Below are positions 20,123 to 28,799 of a DNA stretch of 64,000 nt, in pieces; position 1 is the stretch's first letter; the number at the start of each line of letters is the position of its first letter. Both the position numbers and the translations under genes were made by a program. The stretch is from an uncultured Acidobacteriota bacterium (GTDB lineage Bacteria > Acidobacteriota > Vicinamibacteria > Vicinamibacterales > SCN-69-37). Below the pieces are notes generated by a model. That model searched no databases. It was not told the DNA's origin and was given only the letters and a program-made list of their open reading frames with translations. The stretch spans positions 397,472-461,471 of the forward strand of contig CAVRVJ010000005.1 of assembly GCA_963724645.1 (NCBI GenBank). The letters run 5' to 3'.

Positions 20123-20296
20123 CGCGACCTCCAGCCGGCCAGAGGCGCACGCACGACGTTTCGAAGAAACGCCAAAGTGCGCCTCTGGCCGGATTGAATA
20201 GCGTGCTGTCTCCGCGGCCGCGATCCGCTCCGGCCCGAGGCGGCAACGACGGCTCAACGGCAGCGTTCACGGACTGCGACCATTCGCCAGGAAACG

Positions 20297-20583
20297 TCAG
20301 GCGAACTTGCGGGGCGCCAGGTCGAACACCGTGCGGTCATGCGGCCGGCTGAGCTGGGCATCTAACCAGCGCAGGAGGTCCGCGCGCGAGCGAAGGGCGG
20401 GCAGGCCTTCGTGGTCCACGGCGGCCAGCACGGTCCCGCCGATGACGATTTTCTGGCGCGTCTCCCGCGTGCGCTGGGCCTTGCTCGCCCGCGCGACGAT
20501 CTGACCTCGTCTTAGCGCGCAGCCGGGCCAGTTCCTCGTCGATCAGATGCAAGCGCGTGCGGATGGATTCAGGGTGCGACATC
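20297..20583 (-). pseudogene. MobC/TraD-like mobilization accessory protein, one frame slip near 20500
   Basis: Frame 0 reads 'MSHPESIRTRLHLIDEELARLRAKTR'. The +1 frame reads 'RASKAQRTRETRQKIVIGGTVLAAVDHEGLPALRSRADLLRWLDAQLSRPHDRTVFDL', with stop TGA at 20297-20299. This is the typical 'DTRRKI..GA......L...L.R..DR.LF' pattern. Confidence 0.55.
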
Positions 20584-20657
20584 GTGACCTCCGGGTGGAA
20601 GGCAATCAGAAATGCGGAAGGGCGATTCAAGCCTTGGTTGCGGTGAGAAGGCCGAGC

Positions 20658-20895
20658 TCAGAGCTCCCCGTACTCGAGCGCCAGCGCGTCCCAGGCGCGC
20701 GTCACCTCGGACATGCTCCAGGCGCGGCCGAACAGCCTGTGGACAGTGGTCCACTCTTCAATTGAGAATCCGAAGGTGATGCCGTTGTCGTGGGCCCGGA
20801 ACCAGATCTCCGAGGACTGCTGCTGGTCAGGGGCAATGAGGTCGGCGAAGAAGTAGGCACCCGTCCAATCTCGGCTCCAGCTCTTCCCCTTCCTG
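20658..20895 (-). pseudogene. 5'-truncated fragment of an unknown protein
   Basis: The C-terminal 77 codons of ORF 20658..21338, 'SWSRDWTGAYFFADLIAPDQQQSSEIWFRAHDNGITFGFSIEEWTTVHRLFGRAWSMSEVTRAWDALALEYGEL', look coding. There is no usable start codon, and the upstream part is antisense to the HTH gene. Confidence 0.35.
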
Positions 20896-20909
20896 TCCGG
20901 GCGCCGCGC

Positions 20910-21092
20910 GTGCTCCGAGAGCGCGAGGCCGCCGCGTACATCGGTATGTCGGCCGCCTTCCTCCGTGCCGCACGGCTCGGTCGCGGCACTCCTGGTCCGC
21001 CGTTCGTGCGGATCGGCCGGTCCGTGCGTTACGCTGTGGCCGATCTCGACGCGTGGCTCGCGACGAAGCGCGTCACCGCTGCTCAACGGTAG
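20910..21092 (+). CDS. Excisionase/AlpA-like helix-turn-helix DNA-binding protein
   Basis: 'VLREREAAAYIGMSAAFLRAARLGRGTPGPPFVRIGRSVRYAVADLDAWL'. GTG start at 20910 inside ORF 20790..21092. Confidence 0.6.
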   Translation: MLREREAAAYIGMSAAFLRAARLGRGTPGPPFVRIGRSVRYAVADLDAWLATKRVTAAQR

Positions 21093-21113
21093 ACCGTTGC
21101 GGGCGTCCGAGGC

Positions 21114-21365
21114 GTGGGCAATCGTCAGCAGAATGAGCGAAAATTCGGGAACTGGCGCGAGCTCCCAGCTGGGGGCCGACTCTATTCGTATGAGTTTGCG
21201 GGCCGCTCGGGCTGGCGCGCACGATATGTGAAGGAAGTTGACGCCGAAGAGACCACGGCGAGGTTCTACCAGGAGGTCTACGACGCGAACGGGACCCTCC
21301 GGGAAGTGCATCACAAGTTCCCGGCCGACCTCGGGCATGAATCGGCAGCAGGTGGCGAGCGATGA
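21114..21365 (+). CDS. Hypothetical protein (83 aa)
   Basis: Composition is not GC-skew junk ('FGNWRELPAGGRLYSYEFAGRSGWRARYVKEVDAEETTARFYQEVYDANGTLREVHHKFP'). ATGA overlap with the next ORF. Confidence 0.5.
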   Translation: MGNRQQNERKFGNWRELPAGGRLYSYEFAGRSGWRARYVKEVDAEETTARFYQEVYDANGTLREVHHKFPADLGHESAAGGER

Positions 21366-21622
21366 TCACACGAGACATTCTGGCTTCTCGGCTTCGCGAT
21401 TACCTTCAGCACCGCATCAGCCGTTCAACGCTGGTGGACTGGGCCGAACGCGCAATGATGGATGACGAATTCGACGGCCGTGACCTCGAGACCATCCGGG
21501 ACATCACGAGTCGGCTCGGTCTGGCCGACGTGCGCGACTTCGGTCTGACGTGGGAGGACTGTGAGGGCTATCTGTCCCGGCTTGGATACCGAACGAGCGT
21601 CGACGTCGTCCAGGCGAAATGA
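21362..21622 (+). CDS. Hypothetical protein (86 aa)
   Basis: 'MITRDILASRLRDYLQHRISRSTLVDWAERAMMDDEFDGRDLETIRDITSRLGLADVRDFGLTWEDCEGYLSRLGY'. Translationally coupled to 21114..21365. Confidence 0.5.
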   Translation: MITRDILASRLRDYLQHRISRSTLVDWAERAMMDDEFDGRDLETIRDITSRLGLADVRDFGLTWEDCEGYLSRLGYRTSVDVVQAK

Positions 21623-21745
21623 GACCCGCCTGGGACTCGATCTCGACGATCGGTCCTTTCCGACGGAGACGATCGGATCGACGAATAGCTGCACCAACAA
21701 CACAGGACCGCATTCGAGGAAGCCATTGAGAAACCTCCGGACGCA

Positions 21746-21865
21746 ATGTACGACGATGCGATCGAACGCCTCATTCTTCTCGCCAAGATTGAAGCCGGAC
21801 TTGCAGAGCTCGACGCCGGCAATGGCTTCCCTCACGAACAGGTCAAGCGACGTTTTGGGTTGTGA
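21746..21865 (+). CDS. Small antitoxin-like ORF (ParD/RelB-type C-terminus), possibly a relic
   Basis: My own translation (below the ORF-track cutoff): 'MYDDAIERLILLAKIEAGLAELDAGNGFPHEQVKRRFGL*'. The frame is open from 21689. Confidence 0.3.
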   Translation: MYDDAIERLILLAKIEAGLAELDAGNGFPHEQVKRRFGL

Positions 21866-22052
21866 CGCGGCTGATTTGAGCCCCAGAGGCTGAGCGGAAC
21901 CTCCAAGGCATTCGATGCAGATCTGGTCGTGCGCCGGATTCTCGCCGGCGTCGCTACTGCACCCCTGCTGGACCCCTGGAACGGTTTCCGGCCTTCAGAC
22001 GATTCCCAGGACGATCCCGTAACTACTTTCCCAACAGTCATTTAGCTTAGGT

Positions 22053-22129
22053 TGGTGCGCCCGGCCCGATTTGAACGGGCGGCCCCCGCCTTAGGAGGGC
22101 GGTGCTCTATCCAGCTGAGCTACGGGCGC
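22053..22129 (-). tRNA. tRNA-Arg (anticodon CCT), CCA encoded
   Basis: Reverse complement reads GCGCCCG-TA-GCTC-AGCTGGATA-GAGC-A-CCGCC-CTCCTAA-GGCGG-GGGCC-GCCCG-TTCAAAT-CGGGC-CGGGCGC-A-CCA. This is a full cloverleaf, with anticodon CCT at 22093-22095. Confidence 0.95.
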
Positions 22130-22214
22130 ACGAGAAAACTTCGAGCATCGAACTCAGCCTTCAGCCTTTCATTCTCGCGCTCCTGGCTCGAAGGTCGCAC
22201 GTCGACGCGCGAAA

Positions 22215-22778
22215 TCAGTAACTTAACACCGCCCCGACGTTCTCGCCCTCCAGGCGCGCGCGACCGCGGAGGCCGACGAGTTCGATCAGAAACTGCACCC
22301 CGACGACGTCGGCGCCAAGGCCGCGCAGCAGGCCGATCGTAGCCGCCGCCGTGCCACCCGTCGCCAACAGGTCGTCCACGACCAGGACCCTGTTTCCCGG
22401 CCGGACGGCGTCCTCATGGATCTCGAGGGAATCGGTGCCGTACTCCAGGGCGTACGACGCGCGGCGCGTCTTGGACGGCAGCTTGCCGAGCTTCCGCACG
22501 GGCGCGAATCCGGCCTTGAGCCGATCGGCGACGGCGGCACCGAAAATAAACCCGCGGCTTTCGATCCCGACGATCACATCGACCGGCTGCCCGCGATGCG
22601 GCGCCGTCATCGCGTCGACCGCCATCTGAAACCCGTCAGAGTCTTTCAACAGCGTCGTCACGTCGTAAAAAAGAATGCCAGGCTTCGGAAAATCCGGCAC
22701 GTGGCGAATGCGTTCCTTCAGCGCGTCCGTCAGCACTTGTTCCTCTCTCCTGTTCAGCACGGTTGCCCCGGAGCGCAC
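22215..22778 (-). CDS. apt: Adenine phosphoribosyltransferase
   Basis: 'IRHVPDFPKPGILFYDVTTLL' and PRPP motif 'VLVVDDLLATGGTA'. Start is uncertain (ATG 22778 or GTG 22736). Confidence 0.9.
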   Translation of the reverse strand: MRSGATVLNRREEQVLTDALKERIRHVPDFPKPGILFYDVTTLLKDSDGFQMAVDAMTAPHRGQPVDVIVGIESRGFIFGAAVADRLKAGFAPVRKLGKLPSKTRRASYALEYGTDSLEIHEDAVRPGNRVLVVDDLLATGGTAAATIGLLRGLGADVVGVQFLIELVGLRGRARLEGENVGAVLSY

Positions 22779-22810
22779 GAAGGCCGCGACAACCTTCCAG
22801 GGCGCGAGCG

Positions 22811-23083
22811 TCAGCGGATCTCGAAATCCTTCACGTCGCCAGCGGGCATCTCCGGCTGCACGTCGACGTGGTCCACGCGCGCGGCCGGCGGCCCCCGGCG
22901 GATCTGTCGCTCGAGCCGATCGACCGACTCCTCGTCGCCTTCCGCCAGCATTTCCACGCGCCCATCGGGCAGATTGCGCACCCAGCCGCGCACACCTTCG
23001 CGCCGGGCCGCCTCCTCCACAAAAAAGCGGAACCCGACGCCGTGTACCCGGCCGCTCACCACGATTCGTCGAGCTGTCAACAC
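22811..23083 (-). CDS. acyP: Acylphosphatase
   Basis: The last 90 codons of ORF 22811..23395: 'VVSGRVHGVGFRFFVEEAARREGVRGWVRNLPDGRVEMLAEG'. GTG start at 23083. Confidence 0.8.
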   Translation of the reverse strand: MLTARRIVVSGRVHGVGFRFFVEEAARREGVRGWVRNLPDGRVEMLAEGDEESVDRLERQIRRGPPAARVDHVDVQPEMPAGDVKDFEIR

Positions 23084-23117
23084 AGAGACAGTATAAGAAG
23101 ACGAACTGTCAATGTCC

Positions 23118-24578
23118 TCACGGCCATTCGATCGGGGCCTCGTCCGCGTTGAGATACACCTGTTTGGTCTCGAGGTATGCGTCCACTCCGTTTCGGCCCA
23201 GTTCCCGGCCGATCCCGCTCTGCTTGAAGCCTCCCCACGGCGCCTCAACGAGCGCCGGCTGCGTGTGATTGACCCAGATGATGCCGCTGCGCAGCCGCCG
23301 TACGAGGCGCATCGCCCGGAAGATGTCGCGCGTCCAGACCGCGGCCGCCAGACCGAACGGCGAATCGTTCGCAATCCGGATCGCCGCGTCTTCATTGTCG
23401 AATGGGATGACGGACGCGACCGGACCGAAGATCTCTTCCTGGGCGATCCGCGACCGGTTATCGACGTCGCTGAAGATCGTCGGCTGAACGAAATACCCGG
23501 CGTCGAGCCCGGGCCCGCTGGCCCGATCGCCGCCGAGCGCCAGCGTCGCTTCGCGCTTGCCGATTTCCTGATATTGCCGCACGCGATCGAAGTGCCGCCG
23601 GCTGACGAGGGGGCCCATGCGGGTGTCGCGATCGAGTCCCGGGCCGAGCTTGATGGTGCGAGCGCGCTCGACCATCGCTTCGAGCACGCGATGGTAGATC
23701 GACCGCTCTACCAGAATGCGGCTGCCAGCCGAGCACACTTCGCCCTGATTCACGAAGATACCGAACAAGGCGCCTTGAATCGCGGCCTCGAAGTCCGCAT
23801 CCGCGAAAATCACATTGGGAGACTTCCCGCCAAGCTCGAGGGTCACGCGTTTGAGAGTTTTGGCGGCGGCCTGCATGATGGTGCGGCCCACCTCGACGCT
23901 TCCGGTAAACGCAATCTTGTCCACTCCGGGATGATTGACGAGCGCCGCGCCGGTGGATTCGCCCCTGCCGGTCAGGATATTGACGACGCCAGGTGGCAAT
24001 CCCGCGTCCGAAAAGTGCCGCGCCAGCTCCAGGATCGACAACGGCGTTTCTTCCGCCGGCTTCAGAACGACCGTGCATCCCGCACAGATGGCAGGCGCGA
24101 GCTTCCAGGCCGCCATCAGCAGCGGGTAATTCCAGGGAATGATCTGGGCGGCGACGCCAACCGGTTCACGCAGCACGAAAACGAGCGCATCGTCGGCGGC
24201 AGGCACGACGTCGCCCTGAATCTTCGTCGCTAACCCCGCGTAGTACTCGAAACAGGTCGCCGTGTCATCGATATCGCCCTCGGCTTCCACGATCGGCTTG
24301 CCGCTGTTGCGTGACTCAATCTCGGCGAACAGGTCTGCGTGCGACCGCAGGGCCTCGGCAATGCGAAACAGGATCCGGCCTCGCTCCTGGGGTGAGATCT
24401 TTCGCCACGGGCCGTCGAAGGCCCGGCGCGCCGCCTCAACGGCCCGATCGACGTCTGCCGGGGAGGCGTCCGGCACCGTTGCGATGACCGTCGCGGTCGA
24501 CGGGTCCATGACCTCCAGCCGCACAGATCCAACAGAATCCATGAACTGGCCGTCTAAGAAAAGTGAGTACGGTGTCAT
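23118..24578 (-). CDS. NAD(P)-dependent aldehyde dehydrogenase
   Basis: Intact 486-aa ORF with 'ELGGKSP' and 'FVNQGEVCSAGSR' (catalytic Glu/Cys motifs) and 'PWNYPLLMAAWK'. Confidence 0.9.
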   Translation of the reverse strand: MTPYSLFLDGQFMDSVGSVRLEVMDPSTATVIATVPDASPADVDRAVEAARRAFDGPWRKISPQERGRILFRIAEALRSHADLFAEIESRNSGKPIVEAEGDIDDTATCFEYYAGLATKIQGDVVPAADDALVFVLREPVGVAAQIIPWNYPLLMAAWKLAPAICAGCTVVLKPAEETPLSILELARHFSDAGLPPGVVNILTGRGESTGAALVNHPGVDKIAFTGSVEVGRTIMQAAAKTLKRVTLELGGKSPNVIFADADFEAAIQGALFGIFVNQGEVCSAGSRILVERSIYHRVLEAMVERARTIKLGPGLDRDTRMGPLVSRRHFDRVRQYQEIGKREATLALGGDRASGPGLDAGYFVQPTIFSDVDNRSRIAQEEIFGPVASVIPFDNEDAAIRIANDSPFGLAAAVWTRDIFRAMRLVRRLRSGIIWVNHTQPALVEAPWGGFKQSGIGRELGRNGVDAYLETKQVYLNADEAPIEWP

Positions 24579-24800
24579 GAACGTGCCCGGGGCCAGCCCA
24601 TGAGCGTACCTGACTCCTTCCAGTCATCGCAACTGGGGCCTGGGTTGCGGGTCAACGCGGCTCACCCGCACGATCAACACGGTGGCGATCGAAGTGAAGT
24701 GAAACGCGTCTTGGCTGTGACGCGGGCGACTGCATCCGAGCGTGGCCTTGTCCGTGTCGAGCGAGCGGGCTATTCTGGGCTATACTCCCCGGCGACCCCA

Positions 24801-25391
24801 GTGCCCTCCATCAGGCCGTTGACCGCCCGCTCGACGCGTTGGATTCTTTCGGGCCTGTTTGTCCTTGCCGCGCTGGCGTCGCTGCCCGGCAGGGCGTTGG
24901 CCGAAACGTTTTACGCCGACCTCGACCGGGACGGCCAGCGGGACATCATCACGATCCAGGTCGTCCCGGTTCCGGCTCTCCGCGTCTGGCTGTCGGGCTC
25001 CAACTCGTCGCTGCTGTTGCCGACGCGGCGGCCGATCGCGCATGTCGCGGCGTCGGATATCGACGGCGATGGCCACATCGATTTGATCGCGTCCGACACG
25101 TCGTCGCGAGTGCACGTCTGGCACCGCACGCATCGTGGGGGGCTCCGGCCCACCCGGCCGCGGCATGTGCCACGCACTTCGGGCGTGTCGCGCAGCCAGA
25201 CTCTGGGCAATCCGTCCGGCGATCTGCCCGGGGCCGTCCTCGATGAGGGAACTTCTACGCCGGTTGATGCTTCTCATCCTGCAGGTCCGGCGCTGCTCGA
25301 TGCATTGCGTCTGACCATTGCCGCCTCGAGCCTTGCGACCGCCTCGTTCAATTCCTGTCCGCCCCAGCCGCGCGGTCCACCGCTGGGTTGA
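24801..25391 (+). CDS. Secreted FG-GAP/VCBS-like repeat protein
   Basis: Signal-like 'WILSGLFVLAALASLPGRALA', then 'DLDRDGQRDI' and 'DIDGDGHIDL' Ca-binding-type repeats. Start is GTG 24801 or TTG 24819 within ORF 24600..25391. Confidence 0.5.
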   Translation: MPSIRPLTARSTRWILSGLFVLAALASLPGRALAETFYADLDRDGQRDIITIQVVPVPALRVWLSGSNSSLLLPTRRPIAHVAASDIDGDGHIDLIASDTSSRVHVWHRTHRGGLRPTRPRHVPRTSGVSRSQTLGNPSGDLPGAVLDEGTSTPVDASHPAGPALLDALRLTIAASSLATASFNSCPPQPRGPPLG

Positions 25392-25515
25392 CATTGCTGT
25401 TGTGGCGAGGCGCCGGGTCTTCGGTCCCAACTTGACGCCGATTCCTCGCTCCGGTTCTTGAATACTCAATTCGTGGCCGCCGGCAAGCTGGTTACGGTGG
25501 CCGGTTCGGGGTTTC

Positions 25516-26913
25516 ATGCGTATTGTCATGGCGGATTTGAAGGCGGACGACGGGTTCGTGAGCAAGGACACGGTCGCCGGCGGGTACGGCTCGCGTCTTC
25601 GGCCCTTTTCCAAGGTCACGACCGTCATTTGCAAATTGAAACGGCGCTTCCACGATCTGAACAGCATTCATCTCGCCTATCTGGCGGCGATTGCGGCGCG
25701 CGCCGGCCACGACGTCGTCCCATCAACGGGCGAGGTCGTCGACGGCGACGTGGCGCTCGTGCTGTCGTCGTTGGTGGATTACCGGCGCGAAGTCGGGTGG
25801 GCCGAGAAGATGCGCGCGCGCGGCGTGCGGGTCGGTTTCATCGGTCTGGCCGCGTCGAAGATGCCCGAGCTCTTCAAGCACGCGGCTGACTTCATCGTCA
25901 ACGGCGAGCCCGAGCACGCGATGCACCGGCTGGTTGCGGGCGAGGCGCTCGAAGGGAGTGTCGAGAGCCCTGCCGTTCCCGATCTCGACGTGCTGCCCTT
26001 CCCGCGCTGGGATCTGCTCACGGGGCCCAAGCGGCGATTCACCGTCCCGTTCGCCGGCCGGCCGATCGGCGGCGCGTTCGCCCTGCTCGCAAGCCGCGGG
26101 ATGCCCGGAGTTCTGCACATATTGCCCGCATAGGATTCTGGCCGGGTACCGTAGTCGGTCGGTCGGCAACATCCTGGACGAGATGTCGCATCTGGCGGGC
26201 GAGCTATCCGCGCCCCTATGTCGTGTTCCGCGACCCGCTGTTCACCGAAAGCCGCGAACGGGTGCTCGGCCTGTGCGAGGGCATCCAGAGCCGAGGCCTG
26301 GACCTCACTTTCGAGTGCGAGACCAGACTCGATCGGCTGGACCCGGAACTGCTGACGATCATGCACGGCGCCGGTCTTCGCGCGATCAGCTTCGGCGTCG
26401 AAGCGATGTCGCCGGCCATTCTCAAGAAGGTCGGCCGCCGGCCTATTCCCGAGGCGCATCAGAAATTGATCGTCGATCACTGCCGCAAGCTCGGCATCGT
26501 GACAGCCGCGTTTCTACGTGCTCGGGTTCCTCGAGGACGACTGGAATTCGGTGAGCGCCACCATAGAATACGCTGTGGAACTGGGGTCGACCGTCGCGCA
26601 GTTCAAGATCCTGACGCCATATCCGGGGACACCGCTCTGGAAAAAGATGGCGCCGCTGGTTACTGAAACGGATTGGGAGCGCTTCGACGGGTTCACGCCC
26701 AACTTCAACCATCCGAATCTGACGCGCGCGCAGTTGCAGTACCTGCTGGGCGCCGCGTACACGCACTTCTACATGCGGCCGTCGTATCTGGCGAACTACC
26801 TCAGGATCTCGGCGCCTCGGATCCGCGAGATGGTCGCGCGGCTCGACGCGCGCGTCTCGCGCCATCACGCGCGGCGCGAGTCCGAGGTAATGTCTCGGGC
26901 CGTCTCATGCTGA
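25516..26913 (+). pseudogene. B12-binding-domain radical SAM protein, three +1 frame slips (near 26098, 26215, 26515)
   Basis: N-terminal B12-binding-like domain (ORF 25516..26133). 'GCPEFCTYCPHRILAGYRSRS' CxxxCxxC cluster (frame of ORF 25691..). 'VVFRDPLFTESRERVLGLCEGIQSRGLDLTFECETRLDRLD...ISFGVEAM' (ORF 26223..). 'VLGFLEDDWNSVSATIEYAVELG' to the stop (ORF 26518..26913). Confidence 0.7.
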
Positions 26914-28190
26914 AGTGGGCCATCCCGCGATACGGCGCGCGTGTGCTGCCGAACACCGAGCAGCTGATCAGCGCCGTCCGCAAGGCCGGCCAGTTCCTCG
27001 AAGGCCCGCACGTGCGGGAGTTCGAATCGGCGTTCGAGAAGCGGCTCGGCGGCGTTCACGCCGTCTCCACGTCGTACGGCCGCATGGCCTTCTCTTACAT
27101 CCTCAAAGCGCTCGACCTCCGTCCGGGCGGCGAGATCGTGCTGCCTGCGCTGACCTTCTGGGTCATTCCTGAAATCGCCCGGGTCGCGGGATTCACTCCC
27201 GTGTTCGCGGACGTCGATCCAGACACCTTCGCGATGACCTCCGAGACGCTCGCGCGCGCCGTGGGCCCGAAGACCGTCGCCGTCGTCCCGACACACCTGT
27301 GGGGGCTGCCGTGCGACATGGACGGCATCATGGACATCGCGCGCGCACACGGGCTGGCGGTGATCGAGGACTGCGCGCACGCGCTCGGCGCGACCTATAA
27401 GGGCCGCCAGGTCGGCACGATCGGCGACGCGGCGCTCTTCAGTTTTCAGACGCTGAAGCCGCTCAACACCTACGGCGGCGGAATGGCCGTCGCGCGGGAT
27501 GCAGGGCTCGCCGATCGAATCGCCCGTCTGGCGCAAGCCGAGCCGTGGCCCACCGAGGAATCCGTGCGCAAGAAACTGTGGCACGGACGGGTGCAGCGCA
27601 TCAGCGTTCGACCGGGCGTTTTCACGTTCTCGCTCTTCCCGATTCTGTGGGCGTCCGCGTACTTGAACACCAACCCCGACGTCTTTCTCTGGGAGAAGAT
27701 CCGGCCGCTCGATCCACTGCCGGCCGGTTACTGCGAGCGGTATTCAAATGTCCAGGCGGCGCTTGGGCTGGAAGCGCTGAAGCACCTCGACAGGTGGACC
27801 GCCGACACCCAGACGCACGCCGCCGAGGTCACGCGGCGTCTGGCGGACGTGCCTGGCGCGCGCCTGCCGCGCGTGCCGCCGGATCGCACGCATGTCTTCT
27901 ACCAGTACTGCGCGTACTTCCCGGATCGCGACGCGACCGTGCTCAACAGTCTGAAGCGCGGCGTCGATCTCGAGACACTGCACGTCGATGTCTGCGCGAC
28001 GCTCCCTCTGTTCGAGGCGTTCGCCTCCCCGACACCGGGCGCCGAAGCGACCGAACGGGCGGTCCAGATTCCGGTGTACGAGTCGCTGAATCCGGAGGAG
28101 ATCGCGCGCGTCGCCTCCGTCGTCCACGACGCCGCCATGCCCAAACAGACGGCTTCCCCCGCTCGAAAGGCGCACGAACGAAACGCCTGA
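26907..28190 (+). CDS. DegT/DnrJ/EryC1/StrS family PLP-dependent aminotransferase
   Basis: ATG 26907 (7-nt overlap with the radical SAM stop). 'GPHVREFESAFEKRLGGVHAVSTSYGRMAF', 'VIEDCAHALGATYKGRQVG...FSFQTLKPLN' (Lys-containing PLP region). Confidence 0.85.
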   Translation: MLKWAIPRYGARVLPNTEQLISAVRKAGQFLEGPHVREFESAFEKRLGGVHAVSTSYGRMAFSYILKALDLRPGGEIVLPALTFWVIPEIARVAGFTPVFADVDPDTFAMTSETLARAVGPKTVAVVPTHLWGLPCDMDGIMDIARAHGLAVIEDCAHALGATYKGRQVGTIGDAALFSFQTLKPLNTYGGGMAVARDAGLADRIARLAQAEPWPTEESVRKKLWHGRVQRISVRPGVFTFSLFPILWASAYLNTNPDVFLWEKIRPLDPLPAGYCERYSNVQAALGLEALKHLDRWTADTQTHAAEVTRRLADVPGARLPRVPPDRTHVFYQYCAYFPDRDATVLNSLKRGVDLETLHVDVCATLPLFEAFASPTPGAEATERAVQIPVYESLNPEEIARVASVVHDAAMPKQTASPARKAHERNA

Positions 28191-28202
28191 GATGATCGTC
28201 GA

Positions 28203-28763
28203 ATGCATCTCACCGAGACCCAGGGCCTGCTCGCCTATTTCGTGGTCCTCTTCGGCGCCATGCTCGAGGGCGAAATTGTCTTCGTCACCGCGGCCGCTCT
28301 TGTCAGCCGCGGAGAGCTGGATCCAGTCGGCGTCGCGCTCGCGGGCGCCATGGGCGCGGCGGTCGGGGACCAGTTCTACTTCTACGCGCTGCGCGGCCGC
28401 TTGAATCGCTGGATCGATCGTTTTCCCGCGGTTGCCCGCCGCGGCGGGAAACTGGCCCGCCGCGTGCGCCGCAACGAGACCTTAACAGTGCTGATGATCC
28501 GGTTTTCGCCCGGTCTCCGAATTGCGATGTCCGCGGCCTGCGCTTATGCCAACGTCTCCGCACTTAAGTTCAGCATGCTGAACGCCTTCAGCTGCCTGAT
28601 CTGGGCAAGCAGCCTGCTGGGACTTGTGGCCTGGTTCGGCCCAACGGTCCTCGGCCGCCTCGGTATTTCCGGCTGGTGGGCCGCCCTTCTTCCCGCCGTC
28701 CTCATCGTGATCGTGTTCCGGTGGATCGGGCACGAGGAAAAGGAAGAACTGGAACAAGCGTGA
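28203..28763 (+). CDS. DedA family (SNARE-associated) membrane protein
   Basis: 'FVVLFGAMLEGEIVFVTAAAL...GAAVGDQFYFYALRG...IRFSPGLR'. 186-aa ORF. Confidence 0.8.
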   Translation: MHLTETQGLLAYFVVLFGAMLEGEIVFVTAAALVSRGELDPVGVALAGAMGAAVGDQFYFYALRGRLNRWIDRFPAVARRGGKLARRVRRNETLTVLMIRFSPGLRIAMSAACAYANVSALKFSMLNAFSCLIWASSLLGLVAWFGPTVLGRLGISGWWAALLPAVLIVIVFRWIGHEEKEELEQA

Positions 28764-28799
28764 GCAGTTCGGTACGGCACGGAAATGTATTCCTCCTCC

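Larger units (their letters stand above)
16549..22052. mobile_element. Putative decayed integrative/mobilizable island inserted at the 3' end of tRNA-Arg(CCT); no integrase retained
   Basis: It is bounded by the tRNA 3' end (22053) and the partial tRNA copy (16514-16548). It contains a MobC/TraD-like gene, a truncated MobA/MobL relaxase, an excisionase-like HTH, a TA relic and glycan-modification cargo. Confidence 0.35.

Noticed and set aside
22811-23395. Full 194-aa ORF as the acylphosphatase gene
   Set aside because: Only the last 90 codons (from GTG 23083) look like acylphosphatase. The upstream part overlaps the aldehyde dehydrogenase 3' end in another frame and is Arg/Ser-rich.
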